A stretch of 64,000 nt of DNA from a virus (taxonomy: Duplodnaviria > Caudoviricetes). Under the pieces are notes generated by a model. That model had not been told where the DNA came from, searched no databases, and saw nothing but the letters and a program-made list of their open reading frames with translations. Positions 35,901-45,174 of this stretch are shown here, one piece after another (the first letter of the stretch is position 1; each line of letters opens with the position of its first letter). The DNA lies in IMG/VR virus record IMGVR_UViG_3300033072_000306, positions 25,451 to 89,450 of that record; one strand, given 5' to 3'. Made by a program: the position numbers and the translations under genes.

Positions 35901-37060
35901 AGCACTGCACTGGTAACATTCACCCATACAGAGCATGTATTAGAAAGCTTACCTTTTGTCGGCATTGTCAACTGCAAACGCCCACCGTCCATTGTTACAG
36001 CAACATTTGTTTGATTTAGTGTGTAAGTCAACAAGGATGTGGAGACAGCATTTTGATCAAAACCCTTGAAAAAGTTTAGATTGGTTTTTGTATTGGTGTA
36101 GTTTTTAGCTGTAACTAGATTTGCATCAGAATATGATTTCGCTTGGATCAGAGGATCATAAGGACTCTTGGTTAAACTTGTCGCTCCTGCTGTAGATTTG
36201 TACCACAATCCACCATTAACAACCTCACCAATATTCACAACCTGATTTACAGCTATATTAACAATGTCTGCATTTGCTTGTGCTAGTGTTGGGTAGAACT
36301 TACTAGCTACTGTACTAAGATTGGACAAAGTTGTATTTACAGTATTAGTTTGTTGAGTCAAAGCGTTATCAAGATATTCTGCTGTAGCTTTTTGATTGAT
36401 TTGTGATTGCAAAGATGAATCTTGAGAATCAACATAAGTTTTATCTACTTTAAGAGCCAATTGACTATCAGTATAAGTTTTATCCGCCTTAGTTAGTAAG
36501 GTAGAGTCTACATAAGTTTTATCTACTTTAAGAGCCAATTGACTATCAGTATAAGTTTTATCTGTTTTAAGCGCTAACTGATCATCAACATAAGTTTTAT
36601 CAGATTTAGTTAATAAAGATGAATCTACGTCAACTTGACTAGCCTTGAGTGCAAGTTGACTATCAACATAGGTTTTATCAGATTTAAGTGTAAGCTGATT
36701 ATCAACATAAGTTTTATCAGCTTTTGTAGCAACCGCACCAATGATTGCAGATTGTGTAGAGTTACTTACAGGCTTATCAGCATCAGCAGTGTTATCAACA
36801 TTACCTAAACCGATTTGACCCTTAGTAACTTGGTGAGGGTTTAATAAATCTTCAATGTGGGTTTCTAATTCTTGACGTACACCATTGACTTTCCCATCTA
36901 CAGTGGTGGTATCGACTAAATCTTTCGTTGTTTTTGTGTAATCAGCTACAGAATCTAAGGTAATGGAATAATTACCACTTCCGCCTGTAGGGATTTTTTC
37001 TTGACCCGTAATATTTTCTGTAGGGATTTCTGGGGCATCTACAATTCGTAAATCTGCCAT
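32918..37060 (-). CDS. large tail fibre / receptor-binding protein with C-terminal Asp-box (sialidase-like) propeller
   Basis: KADKTYVD repeats, FYPTLAQANADI...GGLWYK...LTKSPYDP module, beta-rich middle, SNDHGRTY and TYDGVNF Asp-box-like motifs. Confidence 0.85.
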   Translation of the reverse strand: MADLRIVDAPEIPTENITGQEKIPTGGSGNYSITLDSVADYTKTTKDLVDTTTVDGKVNGVRQELETHIEDLLNPHQVTKGQIGLGNVDNTADADKPVSNSTQSAIIGAVATKADKTYVDNQLTLKSDKTYVDSQLALKASQVDVDSSLLTKSDKTYVDDQLALKTDKTYTDSQLALKVDKTYVDSTLLTKADKTYTDSQLALKVDKTYVDSQDSSLQSQINQKATAEYLDNALTQQTNTVNTTLSNLSTVASKFYPTLAQANADIVNIAVNQVVNIGEVVNGGLWYKSTAGATSLTKSPYDPLIQAKSYSDANLVTAKNYTNTKTNLNFFKGFDQNAVSTSLLTYTLNQTNVAVTMDGGRLQLTMPTKGKLSNTCSVWVNVTSAVLNSGVMRALVQVRKKDTTNVHSNYYNIPNGTTGWFKLVDVNISAVNPNDIDAIIVNPEATGGAVLTISDVYVGDFEPTSGFTRFERIEDEILRSAVKTNIFPRFEHLPTLSGVTYSGERITINAGSTFSHILPIADKQVLYFSMLVNQLANRDMRIRLVGTPTDGTSGITRDVYTTATNGLEFSSSVDFGKAIKQVQVSISAIRTDAISIDRLVLSYDPVMQSKRAAPIKLPTTVSDLVDDSVTNLATHPKLNLLSLKTNAVWTDNSVALSGAASALLRQYVSEMGLVTGDVVYINFKGNVLKGGGAATVTTSQVRANGSVISSSGFTTTLTDGSNLYTNIPATVATDADRIVISFSTTVDATLSITDLIISKQKVYSYSKITTVNALDATGTQVSLFPYPKLNGYDTVGNAVAYSRYLNENGDWVLEVPATDTTATRGQGATFNFDYPDSFLGKGGYLSVMLSSPSIDTVTAYLVYKIGGTVTQELSSPVPMKNNGDFTEYLIPLSAKNPSNVDITGVSITFHQANTATGSLKIERPVLTAKLPYQNIKHIVYAVDTVAETGMPSRDRVYDALQNPVSGAFTTGRQVFVPDVDSPATINDFKLIGGRDSLPNKLIGTKYIDASGFEIITIDSDDSVYLRNTANTNIYKTTVDDLYSRISAVTLDAGSGEYRGTFDGSDLVPIASGFASNMYGRVAGDGSLICASSSEAKYLPVNGSALVAATGYVNTVGGLLSGWLFDVQDNIVLAGGYSAAPNYGQGKINFSNDHGRTYKTILDLENQTIFGATATASSHIHGCAWDKWWNRVWVVMGDYPFDSQAVGKILWCDNPQDANPVWHIEPRDLIQPNKHNEQHISVYPMQDCILFGSDCNPSYIARRARVSKDQATLTDMALYLHAGLAYYPAQFWRHNDNLPVTIFLGSDLLGSYGDNPDGVLITYDGVNFSRIWSDKNEYSNTSGRTSSYAYALPKERFLLQKRVDPRFSSGTCWVIGRLRMR
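36413..36724 (-). repeat. 8 x 39-bp (13-aa) coding tandem repeat in the tail fibre shaft
   Basis: K[ASTV]DKTY[VT]D.QL.L units; a 53-bp block is exactly duplicated at 36432-36484 and 36510-36562 (78-bp offset). Confidence 0.9.
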
Positions 37061-37087
37061 TACTTTAATTCTCCGTAATATTTGTTT

Positions 37088-37630
37088 TTAATAACTTCTT
37101 AATGCTTTCTCAAAGATAGTAGCTTCGTTGGCAATCTTTTGAGCTTTATCCAGAATGTTAATTACTCGTCTAGCATTCTTGTAATCTTTAGTTGTTTTCG
37201 TGATATAGTCTGAAAGTTTCTTTTTTGTAAACCAACCCTCTTTACTGCCTAACACAAGTATCTCTGCTGCATATTTTGGCACTTGAGCTAATCTTGGATT
37301 CTTTAACATCTCACCATTTAAACCAAGTTTCTTGTCAGCAAGTTTGTAATTATCTTCCCATGTTAATTGCACGAACCCACGCCCATACCACGGATAATAT
37401 CGAAGATTCTTTTTACGCCAATCCTCAGATAACCAATAGGCTTCAATAACGGGTAACATTGTTTGATTTGTTTCATGCCAAGCTGTAGCTAAAACGTAAG
37501 CAGCTTGATTGTATTCAAGAGAGTGTTTGTTACAGTATTCAATAATGAGGTTGATATTATCTACTTGGTCTTGGTTTAGAGAACCAAAGGACTTTCTTAA
37601 AATAGAAAACCCTCCTGAAGTCATCTTCAT
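37088..37630 (-). CDS. endolysin, glycoside hydrolase family 19
   Basis: AY.LATA.HET, YGRGFVQLTW..NY, ARRVIN. Confidence 0.9.
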   Translation of the reverse strand: MKMTSGGFSILRKSFGSLNQDQVDNINLIIEYCNKHSLEYNQAAYVLATAWHETNQTMLPVIEAYWLSEDWRKKNLRYYPWYGRGFVQLTWEDNYKLADKKLGLNGEMLKNPRLAQVPKYAAEILVLGSKEGWFTKKKLSDYITKTTKDYKNARRVINILDKAQKIANEATIFEKALRSY

Positions 37631-37935
37631 TTTTCTTCCTTAATATTTTTTCTATAATTTAGAATGTGAACACGTTTATCATGTTCGTGTATAAGAAGTT
37701 TTATAAACAATACTGTAAAACAAACACAAACAGTAAATGCAGCAAAGATTACAAGGTATGGTGCAAGGAGTAAGAATTTTGCATAAAAGCCTAAAACTAT
37801 GAAAGATACAGCTAATGTAAATCTAACAATAGAGCTTTTAAATGTATCTGAGAAAGCCCTGCTAATCTCGCACCATCCTATAAGGCAAGTCCAAATTAAT
37901 AAACAAACCTGAATAATAACAATATATAATTCCAT
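37627..37935 (-). CDS. holin/antiholin candidate (3 TM, charged C-terminus)
   Basis: hydrophobic helices, basic tail, directly upstream of endolysin. Confidence 0.55.
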   Translation of the reverse strand: MELYIVIIQVCLLIWTCLIGWCEISRAFSDTFKSSIVRFTLAVSFIVLGFYAKFLLLAPYLVIFAAFTVCVCFTVLFIKLLIHEHDKRVHILNYRKNIKEEK

Positions 37936-37936
37936 A

Positions 37937-38326
37937 TTATTTACCTATCAGTTTATCAATAATGTTGTCTATAACTCTTAGTACACCACCTACAGCTTTC
38001 GATATAACTTGGTCAGTATTCTTTACAACAGCATCTAGAATCTTTAATGAGGATAATCCACATAGGATATATAAACCAAATTGATACCAAAACTCTAATA
38101 ATCCTGTGTATACGATAATGGAATTAGCTATAGCCATTCCAATAACAACACCAATAATAATAGCTCCTAGAGCAATAAAACTTATTAGGAACTTCTCTAA
38201 AGGTGTTTTATTTTTCCAATCAATATCATTTCTCTTATACCAAACAGCGAGGAGACTTCCGATCAGTGATGGGAATAACCATTTAGCAATACTAATAATT
38301 GAAATGGTTGTTGTATTTGCTTCCAA
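37937..38326 (-). CDS. holin candidate (3 TM)
   Basis: hydrophobic helices; TTG start at 38326 after AAGGAG is more likely than 38359. Confidence 0.55.
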   Translation of the reverse strand: MEANTTTISIISIAKWLFPSLIGSLLAVWYKRNDIDWKNKTPLEKFLISFIALGAIIIGVVIGMAIANSIIVYTGLLEFWYQFGLYILCGLSSLKILDAVVKNTDQVISKAVGGVLRVIDNIIDKLIGK

Positions 38327-38340
38327 TGGAATTTCTCCTT

Positions 38341-39309
38341 TTAAGATGTACGAAGCCAAATAAACACCACAATAGATGGTTGGACGTTGTTGTGAGGTTG
38401 ATCTCCACCAGCGTCACTAGTTTTAAACTTAGCACCAATATCATTTGTGTTGGTGACAGCAGAGCTTGCATAATTATCAGCTTGTTGCGATGGAAATTCA
38501 TGGGAGTGTTTAGGCATTTCTTCAACTGTTAACTTATGAGTATATTCACCAAACTCTGAGGCTGGTGTTTTAACCCATTCTGGTATGTCATTTGATACAT
38601 TACCAGAAAAACCAACAAGGGTTCTCCCTTCAGCAAATCTTGACCAAGTACCATAGCCAAGTCTTGTAGATGGATTCTCATTCACTGTTGTTGTGTAAAG
38701 ATCACCAACCTTAATCTTTAATAATTCTTGTAAATCTTCATAAGTGACAACATCTTTTCCAGATTTATCACCACTAAATTCAGCAATGATTTCATCATCT
38801 TTCTTAATAGATGGGTTTCCATTGATGAAGTTAAAGCTTGAGGTTAAATCTGAATTACCGTAACCAACACCTTTAGTTTCAACCGTAAATTCTGGGTTGG
38901 CTTTAGATACATAGAAATCTAAATACTCATCAACAGTCTTTATGTTATTGACATCAGTAGATAGAGCATAAAAATCAGAATAGGTTGCCCAAGAGATTTC
39001 CCAAATGTCCTGATTTAATGTTGGGTCTTTATCAATGTTTTGTGATTTAGCTTTATAAACAGTACCACTTCGATTAACAAAAGATACATTAGCTTTATAT
39101 GTTGTTTTAGAATCCCACTCAGCAATACCAACTTGATTAAGATAAGCCATGAATTGGTCTTGACGATTCTCAATCCAATTCACAATCTCTTTCTTTGGTT
39201 TTTCTACGATATGACCAATTTCAACTTTCTCTGATGATGGTACTGCAACATCACCATTACTAGCCCAAATTCCATAATTAATATCTGGCTTATTTACAAT
39301 ACCAACCAT
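38341..39309 (-). CDS. short tail fibre / baseplate wedge protein (T4 gp10 C-terminal-like domain)
   Basis: WA..G...P...K...G N-terminus; VGDLY...NP...G.GTW..FA.GR.LVG; H.LT..E.P.H.H; H.N.QP...V..W.R. Confidence 0.8.
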   Translation of the reverse strand: MVGIVNKPDINYGIWASNGDVAVPSSEKVEIGHIVEKPKKEIVNWIENRQDQFMAYLNQVGIAEWDSKTTYKANVSFVNRSGTVYKAKSQNIDKDPTLNQDIWEISWATYSDFYALSTDVNNIKTVDEYLDFYVSKANPEFTVETKGVGYGNSDLTSSFNFINGNPSIKKDDEIIAEFSGDKSGKDVVTYEDLQELLKIKVGDLYTTTVNENPSTRLGYGTWSRFAEGRTLVGFSGNVSNDIPEWVKTPASEFGEYTHKLTVEEMPKHSHEFPSQQADNYASSAVTNTNDIGAKFKTSDAGGDQPHNNVQPSIVVFIWLRTS

Positions 39310-39327
39310 TTAAATTTTATCCTTATT

Positions 39328-39945
39328 TTATTCTAGAGAAACTGAAACACCGTATGTTATAGGGAGAATGTTATCTTCAAGCTCTAATCTATCAAAGAAA
39401 TACGTTAGTAAACCAGATTCATCCATAGATTGAATAACGAGTTGTCCATGTTTAACTAAAGAGATTCTATTGTCTGTTCTATTTGTTACTAGGTTTACAA
39501 CATTAACTAAATCATTCATTAAGCAATTAGAGTTGTTATAGATAATTCTTGCTTTGATGATACGTTTGTATTCTTCATCATTTAAACGTCTTGCTGATGA
39601 TGATATGAAGTTATCAACACTATTCCAATAACCCCCAACACTTTCATCAGACAATGTGCCTAGAGTTTCAGATTGGTAACTTCCAAGAAATCCAAAGTAT
39701 TTCTCTTGGTTGAAGTTTACAAGGAATCTATCTTGACCTACTAACTGTCCAATAAAGTCTAAGTGGTATTTTTCAGCAACCTCTAAGTTTAGAATATTGT
39801 CAATCAACCACAAGTATTTCTCTTGATCAATTTGATATTGATTAAGAATTACTTCAATAACTTTTTTTAGATTCTCACTCTCAACAAACAATGATGGAGA
39901 GTAGGTAAGAAAGTCACTGTAGTAATTTATCGTTGTATTATTCAT
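39328..39945 (-). CDS. baseplate protein (DUF2612-like)
   Basis: LD.A...LDFIG..VG..R, L.D.EY...IKARI..N. Confidence 0.75.
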   Translation of the reverse strand: MNNTTINYYSDFLTYSPSLFVESENLKKVIEVILNQYQIDQEKYLWLIDNILNLEVAEKYHLDFIGQLVGQDRFLVNFNQEKYFGFLGSYQSETLGTLSDESVGGYWNSVDNFISSSARRLNDEEYKRIIKARIIYNNSNCLMNDLVNVVNLVTNRTDNRISLVKHGQLVIQSMDESGLLTYFFDRLELEDNILPITYGVSVSLE

Positions 39946-41402
39946 TAGCTACTACCACCAATAATAATATCTTCAGCACTCAATGTTGCAAGTTCATTGT
40001 GGTTAAGGACAATATCATCTGTACCTAAAGTGCCACCTACATAACCAATCTTGAGATTCCTAAATGCAAAACCTTTAACAGAGTTGATAGGGTCTGATAG
40101 GCGAGAGTAATAAATATCCTCACCAACATTTAGGTTGTTGAAGTAATCTACAAGTGCTTGTCTAATTAAGCTCTTACCGTTTGATGGGAAATCAGGGAAT
40201 ACAACCAAAGACATAGAGATTTGTAATGCTCTAGTTTTAGGTCTTGAGAATCTTACTAAATGAGGGAATCCATTAATATCAGAAACTTGTTTAACAATAT
40301 CGCCAACCATTCCAATACCATCCCCAACACTGTTAAACAACGCTAGAGCGATTTCATCTTCGTTACCACCTAATACAGTAACACTCAACCCATTATTGGT
40401 TATGCCACTTCCTGTGGTGTTGCTAGAGGTGTTTGCAACGACATTCTCATAAGTAACCCCCCTAACTGATTTGAGAGCCATTATGATAGAATTATACTTA
40501 CCTGACGCACTACCCTTTTGCAATTTAGCACGATACCTATAATCTTCATCCGATTCTGTCCCTACGGATGGGAAAATGTAGAAAGGGTTTGTTACGCTAT
40601 CCCAACCAGAAGTAGATGTCTTAATACTTGTTACTTGATCAGCTTTAGATTCTTTAGCATTGAATGTTACTGATGTAGCATAAGCTTGAGAGTAGCTTTT
40701 GATGATTGATAAATTAGGTGTTGTTGTAAATGTTCCAACATTTGATTGATCTGTAATTACAACCTTAACAGTGTTATCGTTGTTTCTTGTAGCCGTTAAA
40801 TATGCAGATTGAGAGTTGATTGCATCTACAATTCTATCAGCAACTAATCTTAAAGTTGTATCTGTAACAGTTGTTTGGATATCAATAGGAGCACTTTCAG
40901 ATAACAACCCATCAATAGAGTAATTGATTCTGTATGTGTTAGCACCTGTTAGAGTGTTTTCAATAACGACACCATTTACCGACACATTACCAAAAGTGAC
41001 ATCACTATCAATAGAGTATGAATCACCAGTGATATAGTTTGTAACTTCACTACCCTTAGCAACTAATGTTCCAATATCACCTGATAGGATTAACAACCCT
41101 GTAGCTTGAGATGGAGATAAGCGAGGAATACCCCAAAGTTGTCCGAAAAGGTTATCCGCTTGTTGATCTTCAACTTGGTTAGCATCAAATGCAGCAAGGA
41201 TTTGTGGGAGTAATTCAGATGTCTCTACTTTAGGTTTTGCTGTAATTGCAAACAATCTACCAAGAATAGAGCTGTCATCAGCACGTAAAGGTTTACCATC
41301 AAGGATATCCGCAAATTTAACTTCTGCATCTGCTTTCATGTTACTACGGACTTCATCTAATCCTTCTACAATGATTCCGCTATCATTAAAAATGTCTGCC
41401 AT
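39945..41402 (-). CDS. baseplate J-like wedge protein
   Basis: G.PR..P..ATG, G...ESD..YR.R, V.GG...EIA, F..P, l.vG..+..SRL. Confidence 0.85.
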   Translation of the reverse strand: MADIFNDSGIIVEGLDEVRSNMKADAEVKFADILDGKPLRADDSSILGRLFAITAKPKVETSELLPQILAAFDANQVEDQQADNLFGQLWGIPRLSPSQATGLLILSGDIGTLVAKGSEVTNYITGDSYSIDSDVTFGNVSVNGVVIENTLTGANTYRINYSIDGLLSESAPIDIQTTVTDTTLRLVADRIVDAINSQSAYLTATRNNDNTVKVVITDQSNVGTFTTTPNLSIIKSYSQAYATSVTFNAKESKADQVTSIKTSTSGWDSVTNPFYIFPSVGTESDEDYRYRAKLQKGSASGKYNSIIMALKSVRGVTYENVVANTSSNTTGSGITNNGLSVTVLGGNEDEIALALFNSVGDGIGMVGDIVKQVSDINGFPHLVRFSRPKTRALQISMSLVVFPDFPSNGKSLIRQALVDYFNNLNVGEDIYYSRLSDPINSVKGFAFRNLKIGYVGGTLGTDDIVLNHNELATLSAEDIIIGGSS

Positions 41403-41414
41403 TAAATTTTATCC

Positions 41415-41831
41415 TTAAATTGCTATGAGTATTGATTTGTTATTTTCATCTGTAATTTTGATTCCTTTCTCATTCAATAGAAGATAGAATCTTTCAATGG
41501 CTACATCTTCTGCAATCTTTACATTAAAGAAACATGAGTATGTATAGTTTTCTAGAGTTGATGTGTAATCTGTTATCTCTAATACCATTTGTTCTTTTTG
41601 TATTTCATTTTGAAATAGAAGATCAATTGTATTTTTAGGTCTTGATTTACCAAACACATCATTGATGAAGTCAATACCGTAACTCTCATTCCAAATCAAA
41701 TCTCTAGCGAATGTTTTAAATCTAATGTAAAGACGTTGTGTTGCTTCTGATACTGAATCATCTGTGATGTTTAAATCGAAGTCATCGGTGAATGAAATAT
41801 CTTTTGTTAATTGGTTGAATAGAATATCCAT
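41415..41831 (-). CDS. baseplate wedge / sheath-initiator-like protein
   Basis: QRL..R..TF..D..WN..YG; position in baseplate operon. Confidence 0.65.
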   Translation of the reverse strand: MDILFNQLTKDISFTDDFDLNITDDSVSEATQRLYIRFKTFARDLIWNESYGIDFINDVFGKSRPKNTIDLLFQNEIQKEQMVLEITDYTSTLENYTYSCFFNVKIAEDVAIERFYLLLNEKGIKITDENNKSILIAI

Positions 41832-41846
41832 ATATTAAACACCCTT

Positions 41847-42551
41847 TTAGATTGAGTTTGGAGGAGCAGTAACCATAGGGCTTCCGTCATCGGTATAGTT
41901 ATGAGTGTGTGAACGGATAAACTGGATCAAAGATACACCTTGAATAACAATATCATTATCAACATTAATTACAGCGTTGTTTGTATTCACTGTTTCAGAT
42001 TTAATATTTACAACACTAGATTTCATTTCAATGTTTGAGTTTGAGCTTACAAAAACACCCCCAGATTCTTTAATCTCAATTTTAGATTCTTGAGGGGTGT
42101 TTTTGTTGTGAACAATATTCAAGCTTGTATTGTCAAACTCATTAGCGTAGTTGTTAGCATCAAAGCAACTTTCTTGTGTTGTTTGGAAGCCTACTTCTGC
42201 TGTAACATCATTAAGATTTAAGAAAGCATTTGTTACTGGGTCATGTGGTTGAGTGTTACCATCTAGGAAACTTTGGATGCTACAATTCTGAAAGACTAAT
42301 CTAACCTGATCACCTTGTTTAACAGGAAAGCAAATAGTTGAGGATTTGTTGGATGGAAAGATTAAACGAACATTCTTAATTGTTGTTCTTTCAAATGTAT
42401 CGCCTGTTTGTGGGTTAATGCGATTGACAATAGGTTTAACATCGACATAGCCTTCTTTCAATCTTTGAACACCAACAACAACAGCAGGGATTGAGAAGTT
42501 TAAATCTCTGATTTGATTCTTTACTAAGAAATTAATAAGCTTTTCACTCAT
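41847..42551 (-). CDS. baseplate central spike (Gp138-N / gp45-like)
   Basis: VDVKP..N, FPVK.GD...L.F, L.D, C-terminal HTH metal motif (SHTH) and T..P tip. Confidence 0.85.
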   Translation of the reverse strand: MSEKLINFLVKNQIRDLNFSIPAVVVGVQRLKEGYVDVKPIVNRINPQTGDTFERTTIKNVRLIFPSNKSSTICFPVKQGDQVRLVFQNCSIQSFLDGNTQPHDPVTNAFLNLNDVTAEVGFQTTQESCFDANNYANEFDNTSLNIVHNKNTPQESKIEIKESGGVFVSSNSNIEMKSSVVNIKSETVNTNNAVINVDNDIVIQGVSLIQFIRSHTHNYTDDGSPMVTAPPNSI

Positions 42552-43857
42552 CAGAAATCACCTCTTCGCTACCACTATCATCCTGAGATTGATTACCAAG
42601 CTCACCGTACATAACACCATCTTGTTGTTCTGATTCAGCAATCTCTTGGTCTGTTGCTACTTTTCCGTATCTGTCACCAGAATCTTCGCAATACAAGACC
42701 ATCTCCCAATCACCTTTTCTATTATTACCTTTGTATGTAGCTTCTCTGACACGATAAACATTGTCATACTCATCTAATAGTGATGAAACTATAACGTGCC
42801 CTTGAGGCGTTACAGAGGGATTTAGTAATGCTGTAACTTTTGCATATTTACGATTGATCTTGATTGTTCTGTTATTTCTTACACGATCTTTGACATTCTT
42901 ACCATCTGCTTTACGTTTAGCATCTTTTTCATCTTGCTCTCTACGTTTAGCGTTCGATTGGGCGATAGCAGTTTTCGACTTATCTGTTTGAACTTCATTT
43001 GTAGCGAGTTCAACAGTTTCATAAGCGGTTGCAATCTTATACTCTTCTTCTACCTTTCTTAAACCAGTGTTTCTAGATAGGATGTACACATCTTTATATC
43101 TATCTTCTTGTGTTACAAATAGCGATTTAAAAGCAGACCTATCTTTCTTGTGTTTACTTAGGTTTGGAACTTTAGCATACCCTTCTGTGATTTTCTTTAA
43201 TGCGAAATTTACACCAGCTTGAGTAAACGAATAAACAAATGCAATAGAACCGTCTTCTTGTTGTTCTGTTTTTCTAGTAAGCATGAATGCATCACACATT
43301 ACTTTAATTATATCTCTGATAATGCCTTCAAAATCTGTATTGACAGCTAAACTTAAAACATACTCAGTGACTTTTTCAACATTCTGTTTTGGGACGTTAC
43401 TAAAATCAAATATCATTGATTTTGCCCCAGCTAGTTTAGACACATCGAGTAAGACTTCAGAAAGAGTTCTTACACCAGTACCTCCACCATCGTATGAGTT
43501 GTAGAAGTATTCTAGAGAGTTTGCTGAACAGTTAATGTTGGTAGTTGTCGTACCGTTCTCTCTAACTTGCCACATTCTTGTAATCATGGCAATGAATAAT
43601 GGTTTAATCTCTGAGTTTGTGTATCCGCATCTTAGAGTTACACTACCACCCTCACTGTTCATTCGTTTATAGGTTTCTTGAGTTAAACCTTTAATTGATA
43701 TTGTTCCAACTGAAGAATTTTCATTTTCATCAATGGTTTTGAAAAACTCAAAATCAATTTCAAACTGGTTAGGGATTGTGATGATCTCACCTGTTGTGTA
43801 GTTTTTTACTTCTACTTCAGCGTATCTACCAAACTGAATACCTTTACTAATAGCCAA
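42544..43857 (-). CDS. baseplate hub protein
   Basis: F.R...V.V, I.F...K, L.CGY, LLNP...P.G.V; position after tape measure. Confidence 0.7.
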   Translation of the reverse strand: MAISKGIQFGRYAEVEVKNYTTGEIITIPNQFEIDFEFFKTIDENENSSVGTISIKGLTQETYKRMNSEGGSVTLRCGYTNSEIKPLFIAMITRMWQVRENGTTTTNINCSANSLEYFYNSYDGGGTGVRTLSEVLLDVSKLAGAKSMIFDFSNVPKQNVEKVTEYVLSLAVNTDFEGIIRDIIKVMCDAFMLTRKTEQQEDGSIAFVYSFTQAGVNFALKKITEGYAKVPNLSKHKKDRSAFKSLFVTQEDRYKDVYILSRNTGLRKVEEEYKIATAYETVELATNEVQTDKSKTAIAQSNAKRREQDEKDAKRKADGKNVKDRVRNNRTIKINRKYAKVTALLNPSVTPQGHVIVSSLLDEYDNVYRVREATYKGNNRKGDWEMVLYCEDSGDRYGKVATDQEIAESEQQDGVMYGELGNQSQDDSGSEEVISDE

Positions 43858-43882
43858 TTACAATCCCTTCTTCTATTTTATT

Positions 43883-44305
43883 CTAGTTACCAACCAACTT
43901 GATTCTTATGTTTTTATCAAGTCTTTCCTTTAGGTCAAAAGAGTTACCAACGAAACACATATCAAAATCATCAGACCAATTTGAGAAGTCGTATGATTTG
44001 TCATAGACAAAACTTTTACTCTTTGGTAATAATGTAACGTAATACTTTAAGTCTATTTGAGTAGCGTTGAAGTTTAACTCACAACGTCTACCGTAGTCTA
44101 AGAATGTGTACGGTAATAGCACATCACCATCAACACTAGAGATAGATAAACTTCTTTTCTTATTTCTTAGATTGTATTTAACATCCAAAACTAATAAGTT
44201 GTTCTCAAGTCTGATTCTTGTTTTGTAATTGTAGTTATCTGATACAGGAACAATCACGTAGTTTGTGACAAAATCATCAAAAAGACTGTCGTCAAAATCG
44301 CTCAT
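43883..44305 (-). CDS. baseplate-associated virion protein
   Basis: 140-aa ORF in baseplate operon. Confidence 0.6.
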   Translation of the reverse strand: MSDFDDSLFDDFVTNYVIVPVSDNYNYKTRIRLENNLLVLDVKYNLRNKKRSLSISSVDGDVLLPYTFLDYGRRCELNFNATQIDLKYYVTLLPKSKSFVYDKSYDFSNWSDDFDMCFVGNSFDLKERLDKNIRIKLVGN

Positions 44306-44307
44306 AA

Positions 44308-45159
44308 TTATCTTCCTACTTCTCTTACAACTCTTGTTGCATCACCAACTTGTTCAAAATACCACTTCGAGTTAGCCCCAGTAGCCTCTAAGCCAATCGC
44401 CATTTTCCTAGCTTCAACAGCATTTTTTAGAATCCTTTCTTCTGATAAAATACCGCTAGGAACTTGTTTTTTAACAGACTGTGGATCAGTGTTTTTCTCT
44501 GCGACAGTTGTTGCATCAGGCTTAGTTGTAGAGTTATCGTCTGTAGTCGATGTTTTTGTAGTACCTAAATCTGTCACAACTTTTGAGTGTGCTTTCAATG
44601 GAGGTTGCATTTGATCTTCTTGCAACTGCCCAAAGCTAACGTAAGCAACATCAACTTGTTCAATCGTCATCTTTAGGAAGATAACACCATTAGAGCTTTC
44701 GCCTGTATCAATCTCAAGAGAGGTTATCGCACAATTCTCATATTCTTTGTAATACTTTGAGGTAAGCTGATCATATCTCTCACTCACTGTATTTGCAAAA
44801 GATGCTTTGTCACCTTCTAGAATAGAAACAATCTGACGATCCTTCCATAGAGCTTTCAAAGCATCTCTCATCTTTATGTGATAATTGTTGTCACCTTGAG
44901 CAGAGCTTTGACTAACAAAATCCTCCCCATTCCAGTAAATCTCATTTTCCTGATTAAACAGTGAATATGCAGAAACAACCGTGTTTAGAGAGTATGTTGG
45001 GTTTTCGGTTGAAATATTGTCAGATATCGGAAAACCAAATTCTACAGTGCTTGAGGACACACTAGCTCTCAAGCTCTCTGTAAAAGATTGTACTGATTCA
45101 AAAGAAAATATCTGTTTTACATTACCATCTTTGTCTCGATTTAATAAAGTGTAAATCAA
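44308..45159 (-). CDS. tail tube initiator / Dit-like protein
   Basis: F...S...S..S..VE.G..ISDN...EN pattern; follows tape measure. Confidence 0.6.
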   Translation of the reverse strand: MIYTLLNRDKDGNVKQIFSFESVQSFTESLRASVSSSTVEFGFPISDNISTENPTYSLNTVVSAYSLFNQENEIYWNGEDFVSQSSAQGDNNYHIKMRDALKALWKDRQIVSILEGDKASFANTVSERYDQLTSKYYKEYENCAITSLEIDTGESSNGVIFLKMTIEQVDVAYVSFGQLQEDQMQPPLKAHSKVVTDLGTTKTSTTDDNSTTKPDATTVAEKNTDPQSVKKQVPSGILSEERILKNAVEARKMAIGLEATGANSKWYFEQVGDATRVVREVGR

Positions 45160-45174
45160 AAAGTTTTCCTCCGA

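Noticed and set aside
36413-36724. Tail-fibre tandem repeat as a CRISPR-like array
   Set aside because: It is an in-frame 39-bp coding repeat with no unique spacers.
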